From Candidatus Multivoradales bacterium (lineage in GTDB: Bacteria; Acidobacteriota; Thermoanaerobaculia; Multivoradales; Multivoraceae), in contig CBDCWI010000001.1 in NCBI GenBank assembly GCA_965223325.1, positions 1,408,001 through 1,472,000 on the forward strand: a DNA stretch of 64,000 nucleotides, given 5' to 3'. The notes under the pieces were generated by a model. The model was given only the letters and a program-made list of their open reading frames with translations. It had not been told where the DNA came from and did not search any database. The position numbers and the translations under genes are program-made. Positions within the stretch are counted from its first letter, which is position 1. Each line of letters begins with the position of its first letter. Shown piece after piece: positions 18,684-28,929 of the stretch.

Positions 18684-19991
18684 CTAGTCCGGGGCAGCCG
18701 CCAACTCTTCCTCGAGCTTGCGTGACGCCAAGAAGAAGTGCAGCACCGACCAGGCCATCACCGCGGGCAGCACATAGAGCATCGCGATCCGCAGTGACTC
18801 GACGCCGTGTGCGCCGGCCAACTGATCGCTGAGGAAGCCCACGAACCACGGGCCCATCCCAAGGCCGATCAGGTTGAGGATAAAGAACAGGATCGCCGAG
18901 GCGAGGGCGCGCATACGCAGGCCAACCAGGCCGTGGGTCATCGCCAGGGTGTTGCCGAGGTAGACGTTGAACAGAATGCTGGGAATGATGCCCATGATCA
19001 GCGCCTGGTAGCCGGTTCCCACCAGATACGTCGCCACCATGAACGGCAGGCAGATGATGCCGGTGATCGTCGGTAGCCACATGTACCAACGCACGTCGCG
19101 AACCGCCAGTCGCTGCGCCAGGAGACCACCCCCGAGCACTCCGATCGCTCCACCGGCGCCCATCGAGAGCGCCAGCCAGGTTCCGAGCTCGCCGGTGCTC
19201 ATGTCGTGGCTGCGAATGATGAACGACGCCGTCCAGCTACTGCTGCTGTAGCCCGCAAAGGCGTTGAGGGCCGCGCCGAACGCCATGTGCCGGAACGACG
19301 AGCGGCTGGCGAGCAGTGAAAGGACTGACCCGAACGGCGCTGTTTCACCGGCAGCGCGATTCTCGGCGAGTCCGCGTGGTGGCTCCTTGACCGTTAGCCA
19401 AACGACGAACGCCAGCAGAATGCCGGGCGCGCCAACCACCATGAATGCCACGCGCCAGCTGAAGAACTCGTTGAGCCAGCCGCCGAAGAGAAAGCCGAAC
19501 AGGATCCCGAAGTTCACACCCATCGAGTAGATCGACAGTGCACCAGCACGTTTGTTGGCGGGGAAAATGTCCGAGATCATCGAATGCGCTGGAGGGCTTC
19601 CGCCGGCCTCACCGATTCCGACCCCCACGCGTGCCATCAAGAGATGAAAGTAGGTCTGAACGAAACCGCTGATCGCGGTCATGAAGCTCCAAATACCAAC
19701 CGCCAACGCCACGATGTTGCGGCGGTTGCCGCGGTCGGCCCATCGCGCGATCGGAATCCCGGCCGAAACGTAGAAGAGCGCGAACGCGAAGCCGGTAAGC
19801 AGTCCCAACTGGGTGTCTGTGAGATCGAGGTCGACCTTGATCGATTCCTGCAGAATGGCCAGCAGCTGGCGGTCAATGAAGTTGAAGGTATAAACGACCG
19901 TCAGGAGACCGAGTACGTAGTAGCGCGTTCGGTTGCCACCGTAGGCATTCGAAGGGGGCGTCTCGGAGGGCTGCGTTCCGTCCTGGCTCAT
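18684..19991 (-). CDS. Spinster-like MFS transporter
   Basis: FNFIDRQLLAIL, ARWADRGNRRNI, RVGVGIGEAG; about 12 TM segments. Confidence 0.9.
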   Translation of the reverse strand: MSQDGTQPSETPPSNAYGGNRTRYYVLGLLTVVYTFNFIDRQLLAILQESIKVDLDLTDTQLGLLTGFAFALFYVSAGIPIARWADRGNRRNIVALAVGIWSFMTAISGFVQTYFHLLMARVGVGIGEAGGSPPAHSMISDIFPANKRAGALSIYSMGVNFGILFGFLFGGWLNEFFSWRVAFMVVGAPGILLAFVVWLTVKEPPRGLAENRAAGETAPFGSVLSLLASRSSFRHMAFGAALNAFAGYSSSSWTASFIIRSHDMSTGELGTWLALSMGAGGAIGVLGGGLLAQRLAVRDVRWYMWLPTITGIICLPFMVATYLVGTGYQALIMGIIPSILFNVYLGNTLAMTHGLVGLRMRALASAILFFILNLIGLGMGPWFVGFLSDQLAGAHGVESLRIAMLYVLPAVMAWSVLHFFLASRKLEEELAAAPD

Positions 19992-20125
19992 AACGATTCG
20001 CTTTTCTGGTTGTCTGCGGGTCGCGACAGGGTACACCGCTTCCGCCCCGTGACCCAAAGGCGCCCAGAGGTGGCCGGCAGGGCCCGGCAGCGTATGATGG
20101 CTGGCAGACCCATAGGAGACAGTGG

Positions 20126-21808
20126 ATGGCCGAGAAGACATACGACGCGATCGTCGTCGGTTCGGGTGCAACCGGTGGCTGGGCCGCCAAGGTGATGACC
20201 GAAGCCGGCATGGAAGTCCTGATGCTCGAAGCCGGCACTTCGTTTGACGAAACCAAGGACTATCGCGAGCACACCCTGGCGCACGATCTGCCCCTGCGGG
20301 GTCGCCCTGATCCGCGCAACGAGCTACTCCAGCGACGCCCGGTGCAGACCTATTGCTACGCCTGTACCGAGGTCAACGCCGACTTCTTCATCGACGACAT
20401 CGACAACCCGTACACCACCGCTCCCGGCAAACCGTTCAATTGGATCCAGGGCAACAAGGTCGGTGGGCGCTCACTGATGTGGGCACGGCAGTCGTACCGC
20501 ATGAGCGACTACGACTTCAAAGCCGCCAGTCGCGACGGTTTCGGTATGGATTGGCCCATCAGTTACGCCGACCTCGCGCCCTACTACGACCGCGTCGAGC
20601 GCTACATCGGTGTTTCGGGTCAAAAGGAAGGTCTCGCGGTTCTTCCCGACGGCCAGTTCCTGCCACCGATGCCCTACTCCTGTGGGGAGCGGATGCTGAA
20701 AGAAACCATGGAAGGCAAGTTCGGGGTGCCGATGACCATCGGTCGCACCGCGGTGCTCACCGAGTCACGCGACGGGCGCCTGGCTTGCCACTACTGCGGG
20801 CCATGCCACTACGGCTGCCGCACGCGTTCCTACTTCAACTCGCCGCAGACGACACTCAAAGACTGCGCGGCGACCGGCAAATTCACTCTCGTTCCTGAGG
20901 CAGTCGTCACCACGGTCGACATGAACAACGAGAACCTCGCCGAGGGCGTGACCTACTTCGACAAGACCACCGGCGAACGCCATCAGGCCAGGGCCCGGGT
21001 GGTTTCACTTTGTGCCTCGACCCTCGCCTCGACGCGTATTCTGCTCAACTCCGCCGAAGGTGGGCTGGCGAACTCGAGCGACGTGCTCGGCCGCTACGTC
21101 ATGGACCACATCTACGCCACCGGCGTCGGCGGTCGTCTACCGGCACGAGCCGGTGCCAAGCGCGAGAACGCCAGCCGCCCCAACGGCATCTACGTGCCGC
21201 GCTTCCAAAACCTCGACGATCCCAAGACGCACGACAAGAACTTCCTGCGCGGCTACGGCTTTCAGGGCGGCGAAGGCATCACAGCCTGGGAGCACGCGCT
21301 CTCGAAGAAAGGATTCGGAGCTGCGTTCAAAGACTCGATCCCCGGCGACACCGTCTCGCGCATGTCGCTCGGTGGCTTCGGCGAGATCCTGCCGCGTGCC
21401 GACAACCGCGTCGTGCTCGACCCCGAGGTGCGCGACAAGTGGGGTGTTCCGGTCCTGCGCATGGAGTGTTCGCTGGGAAGCAACGAGCTGGCCATGGTCG
21501 ACGCCCTCCTGACTCGCGGCGCCGAGTTTCTGGAAGCTATGGGTTGCACTGACATCTCGGTTCGCAGCGACCCGGCTCCGATGGGCTCAGGCATTCACGA
21601 GGTCGGCACCGCGCGCATGGGCGACGACCCGAAGACTTCTTACCTGAACGGCTTCCAGCAGTCCCATGAGATCAAGAACCTGTTCGTCATGGACGGTGCG
21701 GGCTACGTCTCGATCGGCTGTGTCAACCCAACGCTCACCATGATGTCGCTCGCCCTGCGCTCGAGCGAGTACCTGGTCGAGCAGATGAAGCGCGGCGAAC
21801 TCTCCTGA
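20126..21808 (+). CDS. GMC family FAD oxidoreductase (glycoside/sugar dehydrogenase large subunit)
   Basis: VVGSGATGG, GGRSLMW, WPISYADLAPYYD, CHYCGPCHYGC, IHEVGTARMG, NPTLT. Confidence 0.9.
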   Translation: MAEKTYDAIVVGSGATGGWAAKVMTEAGMEVLMLEAGTSFDETKDYREHTLAHDLPLRGRPDPRNELLQRRPVQTYCYACTEVNADFFIDDIDNPYTTAPGKPFNWIQGNKVGGRSLMWARQSYRMSDYDFKAASRDGFGMDWPISYADLAPYYDRVERYIGVSGQKEGLAVLPDGQFLPPMPYSCGERMLKETMEGKFGVPMTIGRTAVLTESRDGRLACHYCGPCHYGCRTRSYFNSPQTTLKDCAATGKFTLVPEAVVTTVDMNNENLAEGVTYFDKTTGERHQARARVVSLCASTLASTRILLNSAEGGLANSSDVLGRYVMDHIYATGVGGRLPARAGAKRENASRPNGIYVPRFQNLDDPKTHDKNFLRGYGFQGGEGITAWEHALSKKGFGAAFKDSIPGDTVSRMSLGGFGEILPRADNRVVLDPEVRDKWGVPVLRMECSLGSNELAMVDALLTRGAEFLEAMGCTDISVRSDPAPMGSGIHEVGTARMGDDPKTSYLNGFQQSHEIKNLFVMDGAGYVSIGCVNPTLTMMSLALRSSEYLVEQMKRGELS

Positions 21809-21817
21809 GGAGAAACG

Positions 21818-22405
21818 ATGTCTGAAAATAGGAAACAAGAAACTCCCACCCGATCCGCAGCTCTGTCGAGGCGCACCGTGCTCGGCTCGAGCGTCGGCGC
21901 AGCGGCGGCGACCCTTCTGCCGGCCGCGAAAGCAGCTGCCGCAGCCGCACCCAACTGGTCGCCGAAGTTTCTAAGCGCCGATCAGGGTCAAATGCTCGCC
22001 ACCCTCTGCGATCTCATCCTCCCAAGGACCAACACTCCCAGTGCCACCGAAGCAGGCGTTCACGAGTACATCGATGAGGCGCTCTCGGTAGCACCGAGCG
22101 ACGAGCAGCTCGAGTTCCTGGGTGGGCTCGCCTGGGTCGATCGCTTTGCCCAGGAACGTTTCGGCAATCGGTGGAGCGCTTTGGCTGCCCGTCGGCAGAC
22201 GGAGTTGCTGGGCGACATCGCTGACGATCGTGCCCACAACGAGGACACAGAGCTAGGAGCGGCGTTCTTCAACGACCTCAAGCGTCGCACCCTGTTCGGC
22301 TACTTCACCTCCAGGCGCGGCCGAACTGAGGCTCTCGGTCTGCCCGAAACCGTTCGGCGCGAGACGCTCGATGGCTGCAAGCACGGCGCAGGTGGCCACG
22401 GCTGA
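21818..22405 (+). CDS. Gluconate 2-dehydrogenase subunit 3-like Tat-exported partner subunit
   Basis: Tat motif SRRTVLG; ILPRTNTPSA; TLFGYFTS; directly downstream of the GMC gene. Confidence 0.85.
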   Translation: MSENRKQETPTRSAALSRRTVLGSSVGAAAATLLPAAKAAAAAAPNWSPKFLSADQGQMLATLCDLILPRTNTPSATEAGVHEYIDEALSVAPSDEQLEFLGGLAWVDRFAQERFGNRWSALAARRQTELLGDIADDRAHNEDTELGAAFFNDLKRRTLFGYFTSRRGRTEALGLPETVRRETLDGCKHGAGGHG

Positions 22406-22447
22406 GCGCGGCGCTTCTCTTCCAGAGACCCCTCCCTCCGAAAGGAT

Positions 22448-22990
22448 TCAGAGCATCGCGAGCAGGCGCTGCACTGTGTTCCAGTTGCGGGCCGTGGCCC
22501 GGACACCGAGGGTTTTCTCGAAGTAGGCGTGCGTCAGCCGTGACTGGTGCGAGCCATTGGGATAGCAGGCGAAGACCTCGCGCCCTTTGACCTCGAAGGT
22601 ATCTGGCGGTGAGCGCTCAGGATCGAGGGCACCGACCTTCGCGGCTGGAGGCTTCTGGTCGAGAAACAAAACGCTCAGGAACTTTGCGTCGATACCTTCG
22701 GCGGCCAGAGGGTGCGCACGTGCCACAGCGCGGAACTGGCGAGCCGTGCGGGTGACGATGTCCGGTGCGAAACCGAAATCCCGCTCGATTCTGCCTGGCA
22801 GGTCCTCGGCCAGCTGCACGACGGCCTGCGGAGTGGCTTTGAAGACGATGTTGCCGGTTTGAATGTAGGTGCGAACGCCGGTGCAATCGAACCCTTCGAA
22901 GAGGACTGTGAGATCCGCCATGGGTAAGCGGTTGCGACCGCCAACGTTGATACCGCGCAGGAGCGCAACGTGGGTTTGGTGCTTCGTCAC
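22448..22990 (-). CDS. DUF1697 domain protein
   Basis: VALLRGINVGG, VRTYIQTGN, TARNWNTV. Confidence 0.9.
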   Translation of the reverse strand: MTKHQTHVALLRGINVGGRNRLPMADLTVLFEGFDCTGVRTYIQTGNIVFKATPQAVVQLAEDLPGRIERDFGFAPDIVTRTARQFRAVARAHPLAAEGIDAKFLSVLFLDQKPPAAKVGALDPERSPPDTFEVKGREVFACYPNGSHQSRLTHAYFEKTLGVRATARNWNTVQRLLAML

Positions 22991-22999
22991 CGGTGGTCC

Positions 23000-23656
23000 C
23001 TACGCGAGGCCCTCGGGCCTCTTGAACGAACGACGCAACTTCTCGACCTCTTTGCGCCTCCAGCACCCCTCGAGGTGGTCGTTGACAAGCCCCACCGATT
23101 GCATGAACGCGTAGGCCGTGGTCGGGCCAACGAACTTCCAACCTCGCTTGCGCAGGGCCTTCGACAGCGCCGTTGACTCAGCGGTCTTGGCAAGCGCTGC
23201 CATGGCCTTCTTGTCGATTCGTTGCGGCCGTGCGCTCGCCGGCGGTTCGAACTGCCACACGAAAGCCGCGATCGAACCGGCTTCTTCGACCAGATCGAGC
23301 GCCCGCGACGCATTGTGAATGGCGGCTTCGATCTTGCCGCGATGGCGCACGATGCCAGCGTCTCCTAGAAGTCGCTTGGTGTCACGCTTGCCGAATCGCG
23401 CGACCTCCTCGAACTCGAAGTTGGAGAATGCCCTGCGGAAGTTCTCCCGCTTGCGCAGAATCGTCAGCCAGGACAAACCGGACTGAAAGCCTTCCAGGCA
23501 GAGCTTCTCGTAGAGCCGCCGGTCTTCCGCAGTGGGTACGCCCCACTCCTCGTCGTGGTAGGCGCGGTAGTCCTCGTGGTCACCACACCACCAGCAGCGG
23601 TGACGTCGGTCAGGGCCCTTGATCATCCCATCGGGGAGCTTCTTCTTTGCTGCCAC
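23000..23656 (-). CDS. tag: DNA-3-methyladenine glycosylase I
   Basis: YHDEEWG, LEGFQSGLSWLTILRKRENFR, GIVRHRGKI, FVGPTTAYAFMQSVGLVNDH. Confidence 0.95.
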   Translation of the reverse strand: MAAKKKLPDGMIKGPDRRHRCWWCGDHEDYRAYHDEEWGVPTAEDRRLYEKLCLEGFQSGLSWLTILRKRENFRRAFSNFEFEEVARFGKRDTKRLLGDAGIVRHRGKIEAAIHNASRALDLVEEAGSIAAFVWQFEPPASARPQRIDKKAMAALAKTAESTALSKALRKRGWKFVGPTTAYAFMQSVGLVNDHLEGCWRRKEVEKLRRSFKRPEGLA

Positions 23657-23671
23657 GAGCGCGCTCCGCAG

Positions 23672-25630
23672 TCAGATGAGGAGAGAATCGGTCAGGACTT
23701 CGACAGTCGCCGGGCCGTCATAGGCCAGAGCCTCTTCGAGCGCGGCATCGAGCTGCTTGGCCTCGCGCACTTGGATGCCAAAGCCACCGCAGTTTTGGAC
23801 GTAGCGCGCGAAGTCGGGATTGACCAGGCCGGTCTGCCACACGTCGAGCTCGATGGCGCGTTGCTCCTTACTGATCTTGCCGAGCTCCCGGTTGTTGAGC
23901 AGGACGTGCGTGATGTTCATCTCGTGCTTCACAGCCGAGGTGACCTCGGCCAGGTACTGGCCGAACCCGCCGTCGCCAGTTACCGCGATGACGGACCGAT
24001 CGGCGAAGGCCGGGTCGCCAGAACGAGTCGCCGCCCAGGCCCCCATCGCAGCAGGGTAGCCGAAACCAATCGACCCCAGGTAGCCCGACATGATGACGCT
24101 GTGCTCGCGGGCCTCGAAGTAGCGACCGAACGAGTAGGTGTTGTTGCCGACATCGACCGCGATGATCGCGTCGTGCGGTATCACGCGATTCATCGCCGCA
24201 AAGACCGCCGCCGAGTTGACACCGTTTCCCCGATCGTCGGGAAGGCGCCGTTCCTTTTCTTCGCGCCAGAGCTTCCAGCGCTCGGCAACTTCTAAGCGTT
24301 GGTCAGACGCCTGGTGCCTGCCCGCGAGGCGTTCGCGCAAGAGCTCGGCGGTGACGCCGATCTCACCCCACATGGGAACGTCGACTCCGTGGAAGCGGCC
24401 AAGCGCCGTTCGCTCGTAGTCAACCTGAATGGTTGGCTTGTAGGTCGTAATGCCAGTGTGATTCGAGAACGATGCGCCGAACACCAACAAGGCGTCGGAT
24501 TCATTCATGAACCAACTCGCGACGGGCGTTCCGCTACGACCAAGCACCCCGCAGCCAAGCGGGTGGTGATCGGAAATCAACCCCTTGGCCTTGAAGGTTG
24601 TAAGGACCGGGGCACCGAGCTCTTCGGCGAGTGCCCGCACGCCGTCCATCGCAAAGCGTGCTCCATGACCAACGATGATCACTGGGCGCTTCGCGTTCTC
24701 GAGCAACGCGGTCGCCTCGGCGAGGGCCCCGGCCGGCGGCGCAATCTCGGCTGCGGCAACCCTACCTTCCGGGGAACCAGCAGTCGCCTCTGGAGCCGGG
24801 ATCGTCTGGACCTCGTCCGGGAAGACCAGGTGCGACACAGAGCGATCGAGCATGGCGCGCTTACAGGCCAGGTTCATCAGCTCAACCGCGCGGCTGTCGC
24901 GGAGAACGGTGTGCGAAAACGGAGCGACCGACGAAAAGGCCGCCGCCAGATCGACCTCCTGGAAGGCTCCTGGCCCCAGCACCTGCGTGTCCACCTGGCC
25001 CGTCAGGGCGAGAATCGGTGCCCGGTCGACGTGCGCGTCCCACATGCCCGTCAAAAGATTGGTCGCCCCCGGACCGGCGATCGTCAGGCAAGCCGCGGGA
25101 CGACCGGTGAGCTTGCCATAGGCCGAAGCCGCAAAGGCGCCGGCGCCTTCGTGACGAATCGATACGAACTCGAGGTCGCCGGCTTCGTCGGCGCGCCGCA
25201 CGGCGTCGGAGAGGCCCAGATTCGAGTGCCCCACCATTCCGAAGACGTGGGTGACTCCCCAATTGGTCATCGTCTTGACCATCACGTCCGTGGTCGTCTG
25301 CTGATGTGAGCCTTCCTCCTCGACCGCCACATAGATCCCGTCATCGCGAATCTCTATCGGATAGGTCGGCACTCGCTCGTCGAAACCCTCCGGAGCCTGA
25401 CCCGAGATCGGGTTGTAGTCCCAACCATGCCAGGGGCAGCGCAGCCAGCCATTTTCGATCGAACCTTCGCCCAACGGACCGCCCTGATGCGGACAACGGT
25501 TGTCGAGCGCACCGTACTCGCCACCGAAGCGAGTCAGGCAGATTGACGCGTGCCCGGCCACCACCGTCTTGACACGCCCTTCAGGCAGTTCATCGGTGTC
25601 CGCAACGCGATGCCAGATGGTCTTCTTCAT
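23672..25630 (-). CDS. Rieske [2Fe-2S] domain fused to a TPP-dependent enzyme (pyruvate oxidase/ALS-like)
   Basis: CPHQGGPL...CPWHGW; RHEGAGAFAA, AGPGATN, FQEVD, GDGG...NN TPP motif. Confidence 0.9.
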   Translation of the reverse strand: MKKTIWHRVADTDELPEGRVKTVVAGHASICLTRFGGEYGALDNRCPHQGGPLGEGSIENGWLRCPWHGWDYNPISGQAPEGFDERVPTYPIEIRDDGIYVAVEEEGSHQQTTTDVMVKTMTNWGVTHVFGMVGHSNLGLSDAVRRADEAGDLEFVSIRHEGAGAFAASAYGKLTGRPAACLTIAGPGATNLLTGMWDAHVDRAPILALTGQVDTQVLGPGAFQEVDLAAAFSSVAPFSHTVLRDSRAVELMNLACKRAMLDRSVSHLVFPDEVQTIPAPEATAGSPEGRVAAAEIAPPAGALAEATALLENAKRPVIIVGHGARFAMDGVRALAEELGAPVLTTFKAKGLISDHHPLGCGVLGRSGTPVASWFMNESDALLVFGASFSNHTGITTYKPTIQVDYERTALGRFHGVDVPMWGEIGVTAELLRERLAGRHQASDQRLEVAERWKLWREEKERRLPDDRGNGVNSAAVFAAMNRVIPHDAIIAVDVGNNTYSFGRYFEAREHSVIMSGYLGSIGFGYPAAMGAWAATRSGDPAFADRSVIAVTGDGGFGQYLAEVTSAVKHEMNITHVLLNNRELGKISKEQRAIELDVWQTGLVNPDFARYVQNCGGFGIQVREAKQLDAALEEALAYDGPATVEVLTDSLLI

Positions 25631-25681
25631 GGGTATCAGGCCCTCTTGAGGGGCGGTCGACGTTGATTTCTGGAGGCGGAG

Positions 25682-26932
25682 TCAGTGCTCGGCCTGAAAG
25701 TGTCTCTCGACCAGCGAACGCGAGTACTCGACCACGCCGTCGACACTCGAGAAGTTACACAACGCGCCGGCGACATAAACGCCCGCAATCCCCTGCGCGC
25801 TCTCGAGCCAATCGTAGAAGCCAGCTGCATCGGCACCTGGTGGAAGGTGGGGAAAGAAGTGCACCCGCCTCTGGGCGACAAAGACAGGGTTTTCGACTCC
25901 GAGAGCCAGCAGATCCTCTCGCAGGATCGACTTCACCTCGGCGTCAGACTTGCCGTCTACAACCGTATAGACCATGAGCATCTCACGCTCCTTGTCCGGG
26001 CGCACGATGACATGAACCCGTCCACGACGCTTGGACTCGAAGTTCTGCGGAAAGACCGCGGACCGCCCCTTGTAGCCCGGCGCCTCAACCAGACAGGTCA
26101 TGTACTCGACGGTCTGGACCCGCGCGAGGTGTGCCCGAGCGGTTTCGTCGTAGTGTGTTGGAACGACCCCGCCCGTCGGCGGAAACGTGATGACGACGGC
26201 ATCGAACAGCGAGCTTCCGCTAGCAGTTCGGACCCGTGGCGGTGAACCGGGAGCGCTCTCGATCGCCAGGACCTGCTGGTCGCAGCGCACATCGAAGTCA
26301 GAGGCGAGACGACGGAAAAAACTACCAAAACCACCCTCGAGGTAGCGCACCTCGCCGGTCGCAAAGCAACCATGACGGGTCTCCTTGTCCATGTACTTGA
26401 GCACATAGGCCGTCGGCGTCTCATCGAAGTAGCCGTAGCCGAAGCCGGTCACGAAGGGCTCGAGGAGTCGCCTAAGGTCCGGCAAGTCGTACTTCTTGAC
26501 GAACTCAGAAAAGGACAACCAGAGATCTGGATGTAAGCCCGCAAAGCCCGGATCGCTGAGGCTGTTGTAGCCAGTGTCGAGATCGATCGCCGCAAGTCGC
26601 TCTTCGATTGGCCCGAGGATCGCCGGACCTGCAAAGGGAGGCTCGGAGTGCCCGTCGACGATCGGGGGAAAACCGCCAGTGCGTTCACCGAGAGCTCCTC
26701 CCGCTTCGTCGAGCAGCTGACGAAGCGATTGAAACGAATCGACCGCGAAGACTGCACCGAGGTCGTAACACTCGCCTCCAATCTCGACGTCGTAACAAAG
26801 ACCACCGGGCTCGCTAGCCGACTCCAGAACGACGACGTCTTCGTAGCCGGCCTTCTTCAAGTACCACGCGCAAGAAAGTCCTGCCGCACCTGCTCCGAGA
26901 ATCCCTACGCGCAATCGCTCGTCCTCCCCCAC
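25682..26932 (-). CDS. FAD-dependent oxidoreductase resembling polyunsaturated fatty acid isomerase (PAI)
   Basis: GAGAAG Rossmann fold; GFGYGYFDETPTAYVLKY, FFPH, and C-terminal VEYSRSLVERHF resembling Cutibacterium acnes PAI (comparison from memory). Confidence 0.7.
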   Translation of the reverse strand: MGEDERLRVGILGAGAAGLSCAWYLKKAGYEDVVVLESASEPGGLCYDVEIGGECYDLGAVFAVDSFQSLRQLLDEAGGALGERTGGFPPIVDGHSEPPFAGPAILGPIEERLAAIDLDTGYNSLSDPGFAGLHPDLWLSFSEFVKKYDLPDLRRLLEPFVTGFGYGYFDETPTAYVLKYMDKETRHGCFATGEVRYLEGGFGSFFRRLASDFDVRCDQQVLAIESAPGSPPRVRTASGSSLFDAVVITFPPTGGVVPTHYDETARAHLARVQTVEYMTCLVEAPGYKGRSAVFPQNFESKRRGRVHVIVRPDKEREMLMVYTVVDGKSDAEVKSILREDLLALGVENPVFVAQRRVHFFPHLPPGADAAGFYDWLESAQGIAGVYVAGALCNFSSVDGVVEYSRSLVERHFQAEH

Positions 26933-26954
26933 TCACTCGCGCGCTCCATCGTCG

Positions 26955-28589
26955 TCAAGGCCGGCCAACTCCCCCATAGCGAACCCCGGCCAGAGCAGCG
27001 ATCTCGCTCTTCCAGGAGGTCAGGTCGCGCACCTCGAAGTCACTGAGCTGGGAATGCCCACAGGCACGCGCCAGAACCTGCATGAGTTCCACCGACGCGC
27101 GCAGGAAACGATCCAGCCGTTCGGCCGACGGGTCAATGACCAGACGCTCGCGCAGGTGGGGCTTCTGAGTGGCGATTCCCACCGGGCAGTTGTTCGAGTG
27201 ACAAGCGCGCATGGCGACGCAGCCGATCGCCTGCATTGCAGAATTCGAGACTGCCACCGCGTCGGCGCCCAGCGCCAAGGCTTTGACAAAGTCGGGTGCC
27301 ACACGCAAGCCGCCGGTCACAACCAGGGTGATGTCTGCGGCGTTCGATCGGTCGAAATGGGCACGGGCACGCGCCAGAGCTGCGATGGTCGGCACGGAAA
27401 TGTGATCGCGAAACAAGAGAGGCGCCGCACCCGTACCACCGCCGCGGCCATCGAGGATCACATAGTCGGCGCTCGCTTCGAGCGCGAAGTCGAGGTCGTC
27501 TTCGATGTGCTGGGCCGAGAGTTTGAAGCCGACCGGGATGCCGCCCGTTGCTTCTCGCACCTCGTCGGCCACGGCGCGAAAATCCGCCGGCGAGTGTAGG
27601 TCAGGGAAAGTTGCCGGGCTGATCGCAGCCTGGCCCGCTTCGAGGCCTCTCACCTGGGCGATTTCCTCGGAGACCTTGGTCCCGGGGAGGTGCCCACCGG
27701 TTCCGGTCTTGGCACCTTGCCCGCCCTTGAAATGGAAGGCCTGGCAGCGCTTGACCTTGTCGAGTGACCAGCCAAAACGCGCCGAAGCGAGCTCATAGAA
27801 GTAGCGGCTGTTGGCGGTCTGTTCGTCAGGCAACATGCCACCCTCCCCCGAACAGATGCCAGTGCCAGCCAGTTCGGCGCCCTTTGCCAGGGCGACTTTG
27901 GCTTCGCGTGACAGCGCGCCGAAACTCATGTCTGAGACGAACAGGGGAATCTCGAGCCGGAGTGGCTTGTTCGCCCGCGGGCCGATCACCACCCCGGTCT
28001 CGACCGGCGCATCGTCGAGAAGCGGTTGCCTGGCAAGCTGGGCGGTCACGATCTGGATGTCGTCCCAACCCGGCAGCTGGGAGCGGGGCACTCCCATCGC
28101 ATCGGTCGGCCCGTGGTGCCCTAGCCTGGAGAGTCCCTCGCGTGCGAGCCGCTGAATGAGGGCGTTGTGCGGCTCATCTGAAATGCCGTGCGGGTCCTGG
28201 TAGGCCCCAAGGTACTCATCGCGGCTCCAGGGTTGCGGGTGAAGACGCCCCCAGGCAGCGACTTCGTCCTCGTCGACCTCGACGCGGCCGTCCTCGACGA
28301 ACACCGAGAAGCGCTCGAGGGACTCTTCGTTGTTGTACTCACTGACCCCGGTGTCGTAGCGATAGTCCCAGCCGTGCACACCACAGATGAGGTTCTTGCC
28401 GTCGATGTGACCATCGGCGAGCAGCGCACCCCGGTGGTGGCAGCGACCGTAGAGCACCGAGACCTGGTCGTCACCCTCACCACTGGGATCAGCAAACCGG
28501 GTAACCACCAGGTCGACGCCGGCCACCAATGCATGCTTCGGTACGAGCCGTTCGAGCTCGCTGAGTTGTGCAACGACAATTCGATTCAT
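26955..28589 (-). CDS. Rieske domain fused to a glutamate synthase FMN-binding domain with [3Fe-4S] motif
   Basis: CHHRGALL...CGVHGW; SDMSFGALS, SGEGG, KGGQGAKTGTGGHLPG, DGRGGGTGAAP, CVAMRACHSNNCPVG. Confidence 0.9.
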   Translation of the reverse strand: MNRIVVAQLSELERLVPKHALVAGVDLVVTRFADPSGEGDDQVSVLYGRCHHRGALLADGHIDGKNLICGVHGWDYRYDTGVSEYNNEESLERFSVFVEDGRVEVDEDEVAAWGRLHPQPWSRDEYLGAYQDPHGISDEPHNALIQRLAREGLSRLGHHGPTDAMGVPRSQLPGWDDIQIVTAQLARQPLLDDAPVETGVVIGPRANKPLRLEIPLFVSDMSFGALSREAKVALAKGAELAGTGICSGEGGMLPDEQTANSRYFYELASARFGWSLDKVKRCQAFHFKGGQGAKTGTGGHLPGTKVSEEIAQVRGLEAGQAAISPATFPDLHSPADFRAVADEVREATGGIPVGFKLSAQHIEDDLDFALEASADYVILDGRGGGTGAAPLLFRDHISVPTIAALARARAHFDRSNAADITLVVTGGLRVAPDFVKALALGADAVAVSNSAMQAIGCVAMRACHSNNCPVGIATQKPHLRERLVIDPSAERLDRFLRASVELMQVLARACGHSQLSDFEVRDLTSWKSEIAALAGVRYGGVGRP

Positions 28590-28929
28590 GGCTCGCAGAT
28601 TACACGCTGCCGAGCGCGTGTACCTGGACCTTCGCTCTGTTCGCCGACGCCGCCGGCATCGACTGGGCGGTGCTCCGCCGCTCTTTCGGGCTGTCCGCTC
28701 GCCTCCTCTTGGTCTCCACACCGCTCCAGATCGACCTTGGCACACTGCTGGCCTTGGATCTCCTGCCAGGCCCAGACTGGGGGAAGGCGCCCTGCTGGCG
28801 AGTGTGCTCGCAACGGGCGAAGCGGCGCGCGGACACCTTCTTCTAAATCATTCTTCATCGCCTCGCCGCGCACCCGGTGATCGGCTGGATAACATCCGGC
28901 CATCCAGTAACCGGAGAAGGGATCGATCA

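Noticed and set aside
26955-28589. Calling this gene gltB (canonical glutamate synthase)
   Set aside because: It has only the FMN/[3Fe-4S] domain. The amidotransferase and GXGXG domains and a gltD partner are absent.
28590-28929. Short ORFs in the gap between the two arms of the Rieske locus
   Set aside because: Low-complexity Arg/Ala/Ser translations with no motifs. More likely a divergent promoter region.
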